39,156 nucleotides of DNA from Chitinophagaceae bacterium (GCA_031417255.1 JANOVD010000007.1:1-39156); one strand, 5' to 3'. Positions 25,857-35,159 are shown, counted from the stretch's first letter. Numbers and translations are program-made. Notes: a model not told the origin generated them from the sequence alone.

Positions 25857-27449
25857 TTAATGTTTAAAATGCCGGAGACCGGTAATTACCATGGCTAAAT
25901 TATTGGCTTTGCAATACTCAATTGAATCTTTATCACGGATTGAGCCGCCGGGTTGTATAAATGCACTTACCCCGGCTACATGTGCAATCTTAACACAATC
26001 ATCAAAAGGAAAAAATGCATCGCTCGCCAATGTTGCACCGTTAAGATCAAAATTAAACTGCTTTGCTTTTTTTATTGATTGGCGCAGGGAATCAATACGG
26101 GATGTTTGTCCGCACCCTTTACCTATCAGTTGTTTGTTTTTTACAAGTGCAATGGCATTACTCTTTAAATGTTTGCAAACAATATTGGCAAAAACCAGAT
26201 CTTCCTTTTCTGCTGCTGTTGTTTCTCTTCCGCCTTCTTCTTTCCACCCGATAGCTATCGGGTTAGTATAATTACCGGTATCGTTTTGTTGGGTAAGTAT
26301 GCCGTTTAAAACAGATTTATATTGATGGCTTGCCGTAAGTCTTGTTTTTTGTTGCAACAGAATTCTGTTCTTTTTTGTTTTCAGAATTTCGAGTGCAGCC
26401 GAATCGAAAGATGGCGCAATCAAAACTTCAAAAAATATTTCATTGATGGCATTGGCAGTTGCCATATCAATGGCAGCATTGCAAACCAACACGCCGCCAA
26501 ATGCACTTTCCGGGTCACCTGCCAGTGCAGCATCCCATGCTTCTTTAATTGTGGCTCTGATTGCAACACCGCAAACATTGGTATGCTTAATAATTGCAAA
26601 CCATACGTTATCAGCAGGGTGTTCATAAGCTCCTCCTTGGGAGGGGTATGGGGAGGCCTCTTCAATCAATTGCAGGGCAGCATCTACATCTACCAAATTA
26701 TTATACGATAATTCTTTGCCATTGAGCTTGTCAAATATTTCATCGGTGTTACCATAAAATATTCCCTGCTGATGTGGATTTTCGCCGTAACGTAAAACGG
26801 TTTTATCTTTATTGAAAGGGTTTATAAAATCAGTTTGATTAAAATAATTTGAGATGGCCATATCATAACCCGTACAAACATCAAATGCTTTAATGGCAAA
26901 AATTCTCCGTTGCTCTAAAGTAGTTTCGCCTTTTTGCTTCTTTAAAATCTCTTCCAGCAATGTGTAATCTTTTTTTGCAGACACAACAACAACAGCGGCG
27001 TGGTTCTTTGCAGCGGCACGTATCATGGAAGGGCCGCCAATATCAATTTTTTCAATGATAGCAGCCTCCCCTAAATCCCCTCCCAAGGAGGGGACTTGAG
27101 CCTTCACGGTTTTAACAGTTTCTTCAAATGGGTATAAATCAACAATCACCAAATCAATTTCCGGAATGTTAAATTGTTTCATTTCGGCCAAATGCTGAGC
27201 ATCATCCCTTTTACCTAAAATGCCTCCAAATACCGATGGGTGTAATGTTTTTACCCTTCCACCTAAAATAGAAGGATAAGTTGTTAGTGCTTCAACTGCA
27301 ACGCAAGGCACATTCAATTCTTCGATAAACTTTTGCGTGCCGCCGGTACTATAGATGATGACTCCCAACTGATGAAGCTGTTGAACAATGTTTTCCAATC
27401 CATCTTTATAAAAAACTGAAATAAGGGCCGAGTGAATTTTTTTCTGCAT
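25857..27449 (-). CDS. purH: Bifunctional AICAR formyltransferase/IMP cyclohydrolase
   Basis: STGGT, GRVKTLHP, IDIGGPSMIRAAAKN, LRYGENPHQ, ASDAFFPF, RHFKH. Confidence 0.98.
   Translation of the reverse strand: MQKKIHSALISVFYKDGLENIVQQLHQLGVIIYSTGGTQKFIEELNVPCVAVEALTTYPSILGGRVKTLHPSVFGGILGKRDDAQHLAEMKQFNIPEIDLVIVDLYPFEETVKTVKAQVPSLGGDLGEAAIIEKIDIGGPSMIRAAAKNHAAVVVVSAKKDYTLLEEILKKQKGETTLEQRRIFAIKAFDVCTGYDMAISNYFNQTDFINPFNKDKTVLRYGENPHQQGIFYGNTDEIFDKLNGKELSYNNLVDVDAALQLIEEASPYPSQGGAYEHPADNVWFAIIKHTNVCGVAIRATIKEAWDAALAGDPESAFGGVLVCNAAIDMATANAINEIFFEVLIAPSFDSAALEILKTKKNRILLQQKTRLTASHQYKSVLNGILTQQNDTGNYTNPIAIGWKEEGGRETTAAEKEDLVFANIVCKHLKSNAIALVKNKQLIGKGCGQTSRIDSLRQSIKKAKQFNFDLNGATLASDAFFPFDDCVKIAHVAGVSAFIQPGGSIRDKDSIEYCKANNLAMVITGLRHFKH
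26246..26263. repeat. Perfect 18-bp palindrome in frame in purH (NPIAIG)
   Basis: acccgatagctatcgggt. Confidence 0.88.
26627..26658. repeat. Hairpin+tail repeat in frame in purH (ASPYPSQGGA)
   Basis: aagctcctccttgggaggggtatggggaggcc. Confidence 0.85.
27063..27097. repeat. Hairpin+tail repeat in frame in purH (VPSLGGDLGEA)
   Basis: Minus strand aagtcccctccttgggaggggatttaggggaggct, compared with the acs right end aagtcc...ggatttaggaggggct. Confidence 0.88.
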
Positions 27450-27509
27450 TTGCTGTTATTAAATTGATTGCCCGAAGAAATGGCAACCGGTAAGTATACA
27501 ATTTCGCCG

Positions 27510-27517
27510 CAAATTTA
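27510..27517 (-). promoter_or_regulatory. Bacteroidota -7 promoter element of purH
   Basis: TAAATTTG on the minus strand ~60 bp upstream of the start. Confidence 0.55.
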
Positions 27518-27599
27518 CAGAAATTTAACCGTAGAAATTGTTCCGCAAAATTATAGTTGGATAAATAGCGTACAGTTATAAAATGCCGGGGTTGTATGA

Positions 27600-28541
27600 T
27601 TATTCCTTATTGGTAAACTTGATCTCGGCCCTTGCATTTCTAAGGATATGCTGCGGATTTTTTGCAGGATTGACCGGCCTTGTAATACCATAACTTTTTA
27701 CCTGCAGTATGCGTGATGGGTTGATTTGGCGAGATAGCATGTAAAGTTTTACAATTTCGGCCCTTTCGGCGGCCAATCTGTTGCACAAAGAAAAAGCTCC
27801 TTCTGCTAAATTAGCATGGCCGCCTATTGAAACTGCAAGCGCAGGATTTTCTCTTAAAACTGCAACCACACTATCAAGCACATTATAGGTCATCGAATAT
27901 AATGCCGATTCCTGCATGGCAAATGGAACAATAACAGCACCTGAATCCGGGCATCCGCCATTGTCTTTATAACCAAAAACATCGGGGCAATTATCTTCAC
28001 CGTCGGCAGTGCCGTCTTCATCCCGGTCAAAAAATTCAGGCTTTGATGGCGGCGGTGGATAAACCAATGTTAACTCTGCCCGGCAGTTAACCCAAAGCCC
28101 GTTCGCATCTTTATTTACGTATGTTTGGCGGGTTCGGCCCCAGGCTTTTAAAGATCTGATCCTCGTTAACTCAACTCCCCTGCCTAAAACATAGGTTTGT
28201 ATAAACAACATCCTGTTTAACGAAAGGTAATAACAGGTGGTATCGTTGCCTTCGTCTTTATAGGCATATCCGTCAATTGATAAATCGATCCTTGTATCAC
28301 GCATTAAAATAGTTATTACACTGTCAAGCGTTTCAAGTGTATATGAATGAAATAAGGCAGATTGTTTATAATCGAAACGGATAACAATGGTATCAATATC
28401 CTGTTGCGGTAATTGGTAATTTTGGAATGACTGTGAAAATACAGCCATGTCAGTTTTTACTTCAGCATTAACTGTTCCGGCAAAAACAGAAAAAGGGTTG
28501 CCTGAAAAAAGCAATAAAACAAGGTGCCGGAAAATGGTCAT
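27600..28541 (-). CDS. OmpA-family protein: two OmpA-like domains separated by a TSP3-like Ca-binding repeat
   Basis: LSIDGYA..LSLNR; DRDEDGTADGEDNCPD; SIGGHA..LAAERAEIVK..YG..RP. Confidence 0.82.
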   Translation of the reverse strand: MTIFRHLVLLLFSGNPFSVFAGTVNAEVKTDMAVFSQSFQNYQLPQQDIDTIVIRFDYKQSALFHSYTLETLDSVITILMRDTRIDLSIDGYAYKDEGNDTTCYYLSLNRMLFIQTYVLGRGVELTRIRSLKAWGRTRQTYVNKDANGLWVNCRAELTLVYPPPPSKPEFFDRDEDGTADGEDNCPDVFGYKDNGGCPDSGAVIVPFAMQESALYSMTYNVLDSVVAVLRENPALAVSIGGHANLAEGAFSLCNRLAAERAEIVKLYMLSRQINPSRILQVKSYGITRPVNPAKNPQHILRNARAEIKFTNKE

Positions 28542-28632
28542 CGTGCAAATTTAATACAAATACAAAGGTAAATAGTCCTGTTATTAATGTTTGAAATTAA
28601 TGAAACAGGCTGGCCTCAGTTTAAAACAAAAC

Positions 28633-30777
28633 TTATGAGCCGATATTGTAAATATAAGCCCCTTGGGCAGGAATTGAATAAAATGGTATATCCAGTGCTG
28701 TGCATTCCGCAATCCATTTTTCAATTTTCCACAAACTGTTTGAGGCATCAAAGACGATCAGTTTACAGGTAAAGGCTTTTGTAAGCCTGGCGATATTAAG
28801 TTTCTGATTTTTTGAAACAACAAGCAGGTCGATTTCAATTTTTTTATGAACACTATCAAAACTTATTGGCCTGTCTATAATCAATACTTTTTTATTGTTG
28901 ATCCGGTAAAACATGCCATACTTAAAAACACCCGATAATGAATCTGACCGGGTTATCAGTTGCTGATTTATTCTGCCGGGTTTTAAATGAAAGTTTTGTA
29001 ACAGCCCATCCTGCAATAAAATACTGTCGCCAATAAATTGATACCGGTTGCCATTAACAATATCAATGGCCCGGTATTGGGGAACATTGTAAACTATTAT
29101 TTTTTGCTGATTGGAAGTTTGCCATTTGTTGTAGGTGTTCTGCATTACAAATGCCAGCAATACAACAAGTGCCGCTCTTAAATATTTTTTATTTTTACGG
29201 ATCAGCCAGGCGCCAAATCCGATAACAGTTGCATACAGCAGCCAGGTAGATAAAACTGTAGCCGGAATTTTATCCCAAACGGCAAATGAAAAATCATTTA
29301 CCCAAAGTATAAATTTATTCATGAGCCAGGTTAAGCCGCCAACCAGTTTGCCCAGGTACATACCAACATATGGAATCCAGGAGAAAGCGGCCAATGCCAA
29401 TGCGGCATATAAAATTATTGCCGACAGCGGCACCGCCACAATATTGGTAAACAAAAACAAATTGGGGAACTGGTGAAAATAATAAATACAAACCGGGAAG
29501 GTGAGCAGTTGTGCTGCTGTTGAAACTGATGTTAACTGCCATACTTTATCAACCCATTTATTTTTTATGTAAAAACAATTATAGATTGGTTTTTGAAAAA
29601 CAACAATGCCCAATACCGCCAGGTATGATAACTGAAAACCTACAGCCCACAAATAATACGGGTTGTAACAAAGCAATAAAAATGCCGATGCTGCCAATGA
29701 AGAATAAATGGATGCCTGTTTTTGTAAGTTTTTCCCAATGGCAATGCAGGAAAACATTACTGCAGCACGCAAAACCGATGGTGCTGCACCGGTAAGTATG
29801 GAGAACAACCAAAGGCAGCATAAAATTAAAACCAATTGCAGCAATTTTGATTTGTTTACCAGCGGAATTTTTGCAAATATCCAAACCAGTAAAACATAAA
29901 TTAATGCCAGGTGCATGCCCGAAATGGCAATGATGTGCACCACGCCTGTATTGCTGTAAGCCTGCACCAGGTCTTTATCCAGGTCGTTGGTGTAACCAAT
30001 TAACAAAGCCTGTGCAATACCCAGTTCATCCCGGTTACCATCGGGATTGCCGGTATTAATTGTGTTTCTTAAAACATCCAAAACATATTCCCTGGCAGAA
30101 AAAATAAACTGTTTAAAATCATTTTTTGCAAATGATTCTTTGTTTGTAATAATAGCCCAATCCTTGTCCTTTAAAAAAACATTGTGAAAAATTCCCTGAA
30201 AAGCAGCATAGCGTTCATAATTAAATGCGCCCGGGTTACCTGAATTTTTTATGCGCTGAAGATTTTTGTGAATGATAATTCTGTCTCCGTAATTCAATCC
30301 GATAGCTATCGGATTTGTTTCAGTGCTGTCTTTCGAAAAATATAATAAGAGTTTTCCCTTGCAGGGAATTGTTTTACCGTTTTCAATGATTGATTCAACA
30401 TATCCATCCGCTTTAAATGATTTATTTTTTTCTACAAGCGGTTCATCAATTCGAACAACGAGGTAATTGCCGTCCCGGTAATAATTTCCATACCAGTTAT
30501 TGTTATGGCGTATATCTTTTTGCCAGGTAAGCAAGGACCCTAAACCTATAAAGACAAGCTGAATGATAAAACCCTGCAAGGGTTTTAATTTAAACCGCAA
30601 TGCAATTGGCAACAATAAAAACAAAAGAAAAGCAATGCTGAAAGAAACCAAGGCCGCTACAATAACTGCTACCGGAATTTGAAAATACCATTGCAGCATG
30701 ATGCCAGCAATAAGCGGTAACAGCAACCGGATGAATGGAGCTTTTTTCCACATGGGTATTGTAAAAGGGCGGAGCAT
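28633..30777 (-). CDS. comEC: ComEC/Rec2 competence protein
   Basis: NPGAFNY, GVVHIIAISGMH, PSVLRAAVM, GFQLSYLAV; ATG at 30777 chosen as start. Confidence 0.93.
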   Translation of the reverse strand: MLRPFTIPMWKKAPFIRLLLPLIAGIMLQWYFQIPVAVIVAALVSFSIAFLLFLLLPIALRFKLKPLQGFIIQLVFIGLGSLLTWQKDIRHNNNWYGNYYRDGNYLVVRIDEPLVEKNKSFKADGYVESIIENGKTIPCKGKLLLYFSKDSTETNPIAIGLNYGDRIIIHKNLQRIKNSGNPGAFNYERYAAFQGIFHNVFLKDKDWAIITNKESFAKNDFKQFIFSAREYVLDVLRNTINTGNPDGNRDELGIAQALLIGYTNDLDKDLVQAYSNTGVVHIIAISGMHLALIYVLLVWIFAKIPLVNKSKLLQLVLILCCLWLFSILTGAAPSVLRAAVMFSCIAIGKNLQKQASIYSSLAASAFLLLCYNPYYLWAVGFQLSYLAVLGIVVFQKPIYNCFYIKNKWVDKVWQLTSVSTAAQLLTFPVCIYYFHQFPNLFLFTNIVAVPLSAIILYAALALAAFSWIPYVGMYLGKLVGGLTWLMNKFILWVNDFSFAVWDKIPATVLSTWLLYATVIGFGAWLIRKNKKYLRAALVVLLAFVMQNTYNKWQTSNQQKIIVYNVPQYRAIDIVNGNRYQFIGDSILLQDGLLQNFHLKPGRINQQLITRSDSLSGVFKYGMFYRINNKKVLIIDRPISFDSVHKKIEIDLLVVSKNQKLNIARLTKAFTCKLIVFDASNSLWKIEKWIAECTALDIPFYSIPAQGAYIYNIGS
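30028..30047. repeat. Degenerate CCCGAT..ATCGGG-type palindrome in frame in comEC (NPDGNRD)
   Basis: atcccg-gttaccat-cgggat. Confidence 0.65.
30296..30315. repeat. Perfect 20-bp palindrome in frame in comEC (NPIAIGL)
   Basis: aatccgatagctatcggatt; same core as the purH copy. Confidence 0.88.
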
Positions 30778-30858
30778 AGTACAAAATAGAAATTGTAACT
30801 GATAAATCAAACTGGTTTTTATGGTTTGGGGATAATGTGGCTTTGTGGGGTTTGTTTT

Positions 30859-30951
30859 TCCACCAACCTATTTATAATGTAAGTTCCGTTGTGGGGGAGA
30901 CCACCGCATAAGGCGGGGCAGGTATACAACGGGGCATTGCTTTATTTTGTT
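30859..30951. repeat. ~92-bp intergenic direct repeat, copy 1
   Basis: Aligns to 32865-32955 with ~9 substitutions and a 2-nt indel. Confidence 0.9.
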
Positions 30952-31011
30952 ACGGAGAATTTCATGATGCGGTTTTGTGTGTGGCGTTCGGGCTGGCCTA
31001 CTGCTGACATT

Positions 31012-32052
31012 TTATTTTTTCTTTTTGCCTGCCTGTCCGGTAGGCAGAGCTTTGGTGATTTTCTTTTGTTCGGGTTTTGGTTTTGAAATTTTCTTTACCG
31101 CATTGTCAAAATCACTTTCAAAATCTTTGAGTTGTAACACATGAAATTTTTCATACTCTTTTTCGGCATGGTCAATTGCTAACTGATGTGAAACTTTTCC
31201 GGCATGGTTTAAAATATTCCTGTCGTTAAGTGTTAGAAAACCATTTAGCTTTTCAATCCAATCTTTCATATACATGGGTATCCTTCGCAGGGCTTGCCCC
31301 GTGGCAAAAATCAAATATTGTTCTACCAGATTATTGAGTGCATCTAATTCAGGTTCGTTTAAATAATTTTTCGCAATACCCACATCCTGCTTTCGTGGTT
31401 TTGTTCCTCTCCAATTGGTTAAACCCATGTTGGGTTTTCTGCTATCAGCCCGTTGAGCAATTATTTCTGCGGCAGTTTTTCCGGTGATTGCCCAGTGCAT
31501 TTTATTTTGCACTGTTTGAAAAAACAAAATACTTTTTTCATCTGTCGGGTCGTAGTCGGTGCTGGTGGCATAGATGTCGGTTATCTTCTGATAGAAACGC
31601 CTTTCAGAAGTCCGTATGTCCTGAATGCGTTTAATCAACTCCTCAAAATAATCGTAAGGCAAATCAGGATTTTTCAACCGTTCATCATCCAACACAAAAC
31701 CCTTTACAATGTATTCTCTGATGTGCCTTGTTGCCCATTGGCGGAAACGGGTTGCCACACTTGATTTTATTCTGTAACCTACGGAGATTATCATATCCAG
31801 ATTGTAGAACTTGGTGCGATAATTTTTTCCGTCAGCGGCAGTTATTAAGAAATCCTTAATAACTGAATTTGCATCTAATTCACCCTCATCCAAAATATTT
31901 TTCAAGTGGATATTGATATTGGCAACTGTGGTTTGAAACAGTTCTGCCATCAACTTTTGCGTAAGCCAAACGGTTTCATTTTCTAAACGAACTTCCAATT
32001 TGGTTTCGCCTGTTTCGGTGGTATAAATTATTATCTGAGAATTATTTTCCAA
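31012..32052 (-). CDS. RhuM-family (virulence RhuM-like) DNA-binding protein
   Basis: ETVWLTQKLMAELF, YNLDMIISVGYR, FRQWAT, KGFVLDDERLK, RIQDIRTSERRFYQKI. Confidence 0.92.
   Translation of the reverse strand: MENNSQIIIYTTETGETKLEVRLENETVWLTQKLMAELFQTTVANINIHLKNILDEGELDANSVIKDFLITAADGKNYRTKFYNLDMIISVGYRIKSSVATRFRQWATRHIREYIVKGFVLDDERLKNPDLPYDYFEELIKRIQDIRTSERRFYQKITDIYATSTDYDPTDEKSILFFQTVQNKMHWAITGKTAAEIIAQRADSRKPNMGLTNWRGTKPRKQDVGIAKNYLNEPELDALNNLVEQYLIFATGQALRRIPMYMKDWIEKLNGFLTLNDRNILNHAGKVSHQLAIDHAEKEYEKFHVLQLKDFESDFDNAVKKISKPKPEQKKITKALPTGQAGKKKK
31028..31047 (-). repeat. Palindromic element in frame in the RhuM C-terminus (LPTGQAG)
   Basis: Reverse complement ctgcctaccggacaggcagg is identical to the queA copy. 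Confidence 0.9.
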
Positions 32053-32065
32053 TGCCTTTTTTCAT

Positions 32066-32671
32066 TTAAAAATTTTTAAGAACCGGTTTCATAATTTCCC
32101 TTATCCATGCAGGCGCCAGTTTTATATCATGCTCCAGCTTAGTGGCTCTTTCTTTATGTAATAAGTGTTGTATTTTTTTTATTTCATCTTCTGTTATCTC
32201 ATTTTTTCCGATTGCCCGTAGTGCCTGTATTGCCAGGCCGCTTATTTCTCCAACTGCAGTTAAATTTTTTGGTGCAGTTTTTTTAAAGGTGATGATATAG
32301 TTGCCAAGTTTCACCTTTCTTGCAACGCCATCGGTAAGATAAATAATATTGAGCGGCACCTGCGTAGAAAGCCCAAGCCGGTTGAGGGCATAAATTCCTG
32401 TGGGGACAATTCTTGCTCTATCCCTTCGGGCAAGGGCTTTGGCAATATCTTCAATACAGGGAGTAAGCTGACCAATAACACTGTCAACTTTGGGTCGCAC
32501 GTAAACTCCCCTTGCCGCCCTTGCTAATTCTCCTTTCGCTACCAACCGTTCTAATGCTTTGCTTACAGCTTTGGGACTTCCTTTTTTTGTAAAATCCTCA
32601 GCAAAAAACAGCAGACCCCTCCCTGCTTTTCTTATTCTGTTTAATATCTGTATTTCAATGCTTTCTGGCAT
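32066..32671 (-). CDS. DUF6088 family protein (AbiEi-like antitoxin/regulator)
   Basis: AVSKALERLV..G.L.R.ARGVY..P, IVPTG..ALN.LGLSTQVP, YLTDG..R, APAWI; ATG 32671. Confidence 0.88.
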   Translation of the reverse strand: MPESIEIQILNRIRKAGRGLLFFAEDFTKKGSPKAVSKALERLVAKGELARAARGVYVRPKVDSVIGQLTPCIEDIAKALARRDRARIVPTGIYALNRLGLSTQVPLNIIYLTDGVARKVKLGNYIITFKKTAPKNLTAVGEISGLAIQALRAIGKNEITEDEIKKIQHLLHKERATKLEHDIKLAPAWIREIMKPVLKNF

Positions 32672-32686
32672 ATTTTCTTGCTTTTC

Positions 32687-32785
32687 TTGTCGCAAATATA
32701 GTAATAATTTGCGACAGCTTTTGTCCCCGATTCAGTAAATAATTGGGACAATTCTTGTCGCACATTTAGTAAACATTTTCGACAA
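32687..32785. promoter_or_regulatory. Three 31-bp palindromic operator-like repeats (34-bp period) overlapping the -7 promoter element
   Basis: ttgtcgcaaat..atttgcgacag; ttgtccccgat..aattgggacaa; ttgtcgcacat..ttttcgacaa; TATATTTG on the minus strand at 32692-32699. Confidence 0.8.
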
Positions 32786-32864
32786 CTATTTTATTAAACT
32801 TCAATTTCTCCACTCATTAACCGTGGTAATAAAATATCTTAACCCTGTAGCCGGGGTTCCTCCC

Positions 32865-32955
32865 TCCACCAACCCGTTTATAATGTAAGTTTCGTTGCGT
32901 GGGACCACAGCATAAGGCGGGGCAGGCATACAACGGGGTATTGTTTTATTTTGTT
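32865..32955. repeat. ~92-bp intergenic direct repeat, copy 2
   Basis: Begins at the stop codon of the DUF2075 gene; matches 30859-30951. Confidence 0.9.
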
Positions 32956-35159
32956 CATAAAACACATTCAAAAATGCCAACAACTTCTAAACTGTTTATT
33001 TCGTCACCGACTAGTTCAATGGATTTGTATTCTGAATTATAAGATAATGGTTTTAAAGTAATGGATTCATGCCCCCATTGATTTTCTTCAATATTTTTTT
33101 TACTATTGTACTCTTTAATAGTAAATCTTGATCCGGATTCTGAATCTTGCTTATCGTATAGTTCTACTAAAACGATTTTTCCATTTCTACTTCCGCCTTC
33201 GTCTTTACTAAACACACAATATGAGCCATTGGGAATTTTCTTATTCATAGATTCACCAATAACCATGCAAACAAAATAGCCTTTTTTTGCAGCTACATTA
33301 ATTGGCAATTCAATCCACTCAGTATGTGAACGTATTTGCCAATCACTAAAACTACCTGCGGCAGCAGATATATCAAATAATGGCACCGAATTTACATACG
33401 GTTTTACTTCATCAAAACGCAATATTCTAAATGGAATTTCTTTTTTAAATGTTTCGATATGTTTTTTTAGATAATCTCTCAAATCTTTATTGCAGGCATA
33501 AATGAAAGTCCCGTGTATACCTCGATACATGAGGGTTTTGTATATATTAATGATATACTCTTTTAATTCAATTTCATTAGCTCCAATTCTGCCGTATTTA
33601 TCAAAGTATAATTTTGGATCAATTTCAATAGAATTATTTTGCTTGTTATAATTTATTTCCCGTCCAAAAATAACAGCCGTAAAATTTAAATCATACCCTT
33701 GGGTAGTATGGATACATCCAATTTCGTTTAAGGCCTTTGGAGAATTTACCCAATCTTTGTCAGTAGAATTCCATTGAAATTTCAATCCCTCAATTTCTAT
33801 ATCAATTGCATCTAAATCAGGTTTGGGTTTTCGCTTTGGATCCGAAAGCCAAGGCCAAGAATAACCAGCAACCATTCTGCATAACCCGAATTCATTTTCT
33901 CTTTTAATCAATTCAGTATGCAGATCGACAAAATTGTCGAAACTGAAAATTTCATATTTCTCTTCACGATATTTTGTAGTCTCATTTCGTTTGACTTGAA
34001 GCAAGTCGTCAACGAATTGTATGTAGTTGTTGCCGCCCTTTACTCTCATTTGCGACTTCAAATGAAGCAGCAAAGTATTCTTCTCATTGAAAAGTTTAAT
34101 GAAATTCCTAGAGTCAACATCTGATGGTTTAACTGACTGGGCTGAGTCGTAAAAGAAAATCTGATTTTTACTGTTTGCAAGTATCCAATCTAATTCTGTT
34201 CCATTGTTACCCAGACCTAATTTCTGATTATTTTTTTTGAATGCTCCGAGCCACCCGATGTTCTTGTATTGTCTTAGTCGATGAGCCTCATCTACGATTA
34301 ATAAATCATATTTATCATTGAGTTTAAAAGTCTCTGAGGGATTGATAACCATTGATGATTTTAGGCCCGGGATTTTTTTAAAAACTCTGGCCAAAGATTC
34401 TCTTAGAGCAGTCATTGCTACGACAAGTCCGATTTTCGCATGCGGATATTTATTATTGAATTCTTTGATATAATTAATTTCTTTCAACTCGTCATCATTG
34501 AACTCTTCGAGCTGAGTATTTTCTACTTCTGATGTTAATAGTTTCATCAAATATGTTGCAAGTATTGTTTTTCCAGTTCCCGCACTTCCGCTTATAAAAA
34601 TTCTATTTGCTTTTTTTGAAGTTAACCCGTCTAATATTTCAAGAACAGAATTGTACTGATCTTCATTCAGTGATTTGTACGGGGAATACTTAAATAATTC
34701 AGAATTCTCAATTTCAGTCAAGGATTTTGTTACAATTTTTTTCTCCACAAGTTTCTTCCAAACTTCTTTAAAAAGATTTTTATAGAGGTCTTGTTGGTAG
34801 TAATTGTGGTTGATTAAGCCGTAATTACCATTTTGAAGTTCAAATGTGCCTTCTGCTGTGATGTATTGAATTAAATTGGATTCAATATCCAATGTGGCGG
34901 ATTTATTAAATTTATCGGACCCTATTATAGATATTTTATCCAGTTTGCATCTTTCAGGATTAGCCAGATGATTTTTTATTCGACTTGAAGCATTGGTTGA
35001 TTCGCCTACATAGGCAATTTTAATAGAATCGTTTTGAATAAAATAAACTAAAGGCCATTGATTTTTAACCCAAGTATTTTGTTCAATCTTGTTTAATGAT
35101 TCTTTAGTAAAATCATATTGTTCTGAAACCTCAATTGACAACTCGAAAGATAGGCTCAT
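32955..35159 (-). CDS. GIY-YIG nuclease + DUF2075 (Schlafen group 3-like) helicase + S24 peptidase-like domain protein
   Basis: VYFI..AYVGES....RI..H; GSAGTGKT; IVDEAHRL; SQMR; GCIHTTQGYDL; VPLFDISAAAG..GESM..TIKEY. Confidence 0.88.
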   Translation of the reverse strand: MSLSFELSIEVSEQYDFTKESLNKIEQNTWVKNQWPLVYFIQNDSIKIAYVGESTNASSRIKNHLANPERCKLDKISIIGSDKFNKSATLDIESNLIQYITAEGTFELQNGNYGLINHNYYQQDLYKNLFKEVWKKLVEKKIVTKSLTEIENSELFKYSPYKSLNEDQYNSVLEILDGLTSKKANRIFISGSAGTGKTILATYLMKLLTSEVENTQLEEFNDDELKEINYIKEFNNKYPHAKIGLVVAMTALRESLARVFKKIPGLKSSMVINPSETFKLNDKYDLLIVDEAHRLRQYKNIGWLGAFKKNNQKLGLGNNGTELDWILANSKNQIFFYDSAQSVKPSDVDSRNFIKLFNEKNTLLLHLKSQMRVKGGNNYIQFVDDLLQVKRNETTKYREEKYEIFSFDNFVDLHTELIKRENEFGLCRMVAGYSWPWLSDPKRKPKPDLDAIDIEIEGLKFQWNSTDKDWVNSPKALNEIGCIHTTQGYDLNFTAVIFGREINYNKQNNSIEIDPKLYFDKYGRIGANEIELKEYIINIYKTLMYRGIHGTFIYACNKDLRDYLKKHIETFKKEIPFRILRFDEVKPYVNSVPLFDISAAAGSFSDWQIRSHTEWIELPINVAAKKGYFVCMVIGESMNKKIPNGSYCVFSKDEGGSRNGKIVLVELYDKQDSESGSRFTIKEYNSKKNIEENQWGHESITLKPLSYNSEYKSIELVGDEINSLEVVGIFECVL

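Noticed and set aside
32687-32785. Possible mini CRISPR array
   Set aside because: The units are separated by only 3 bp, so there are no spacers, and no cas genes are present; an operator fits better.
32801-32983. 60-aa ORF over direct repeat copy 2
   Set aside because: The other copy has a 2-nt indel that breaks this frame, and the ORF overlaps the end of the DUF2075 gene.
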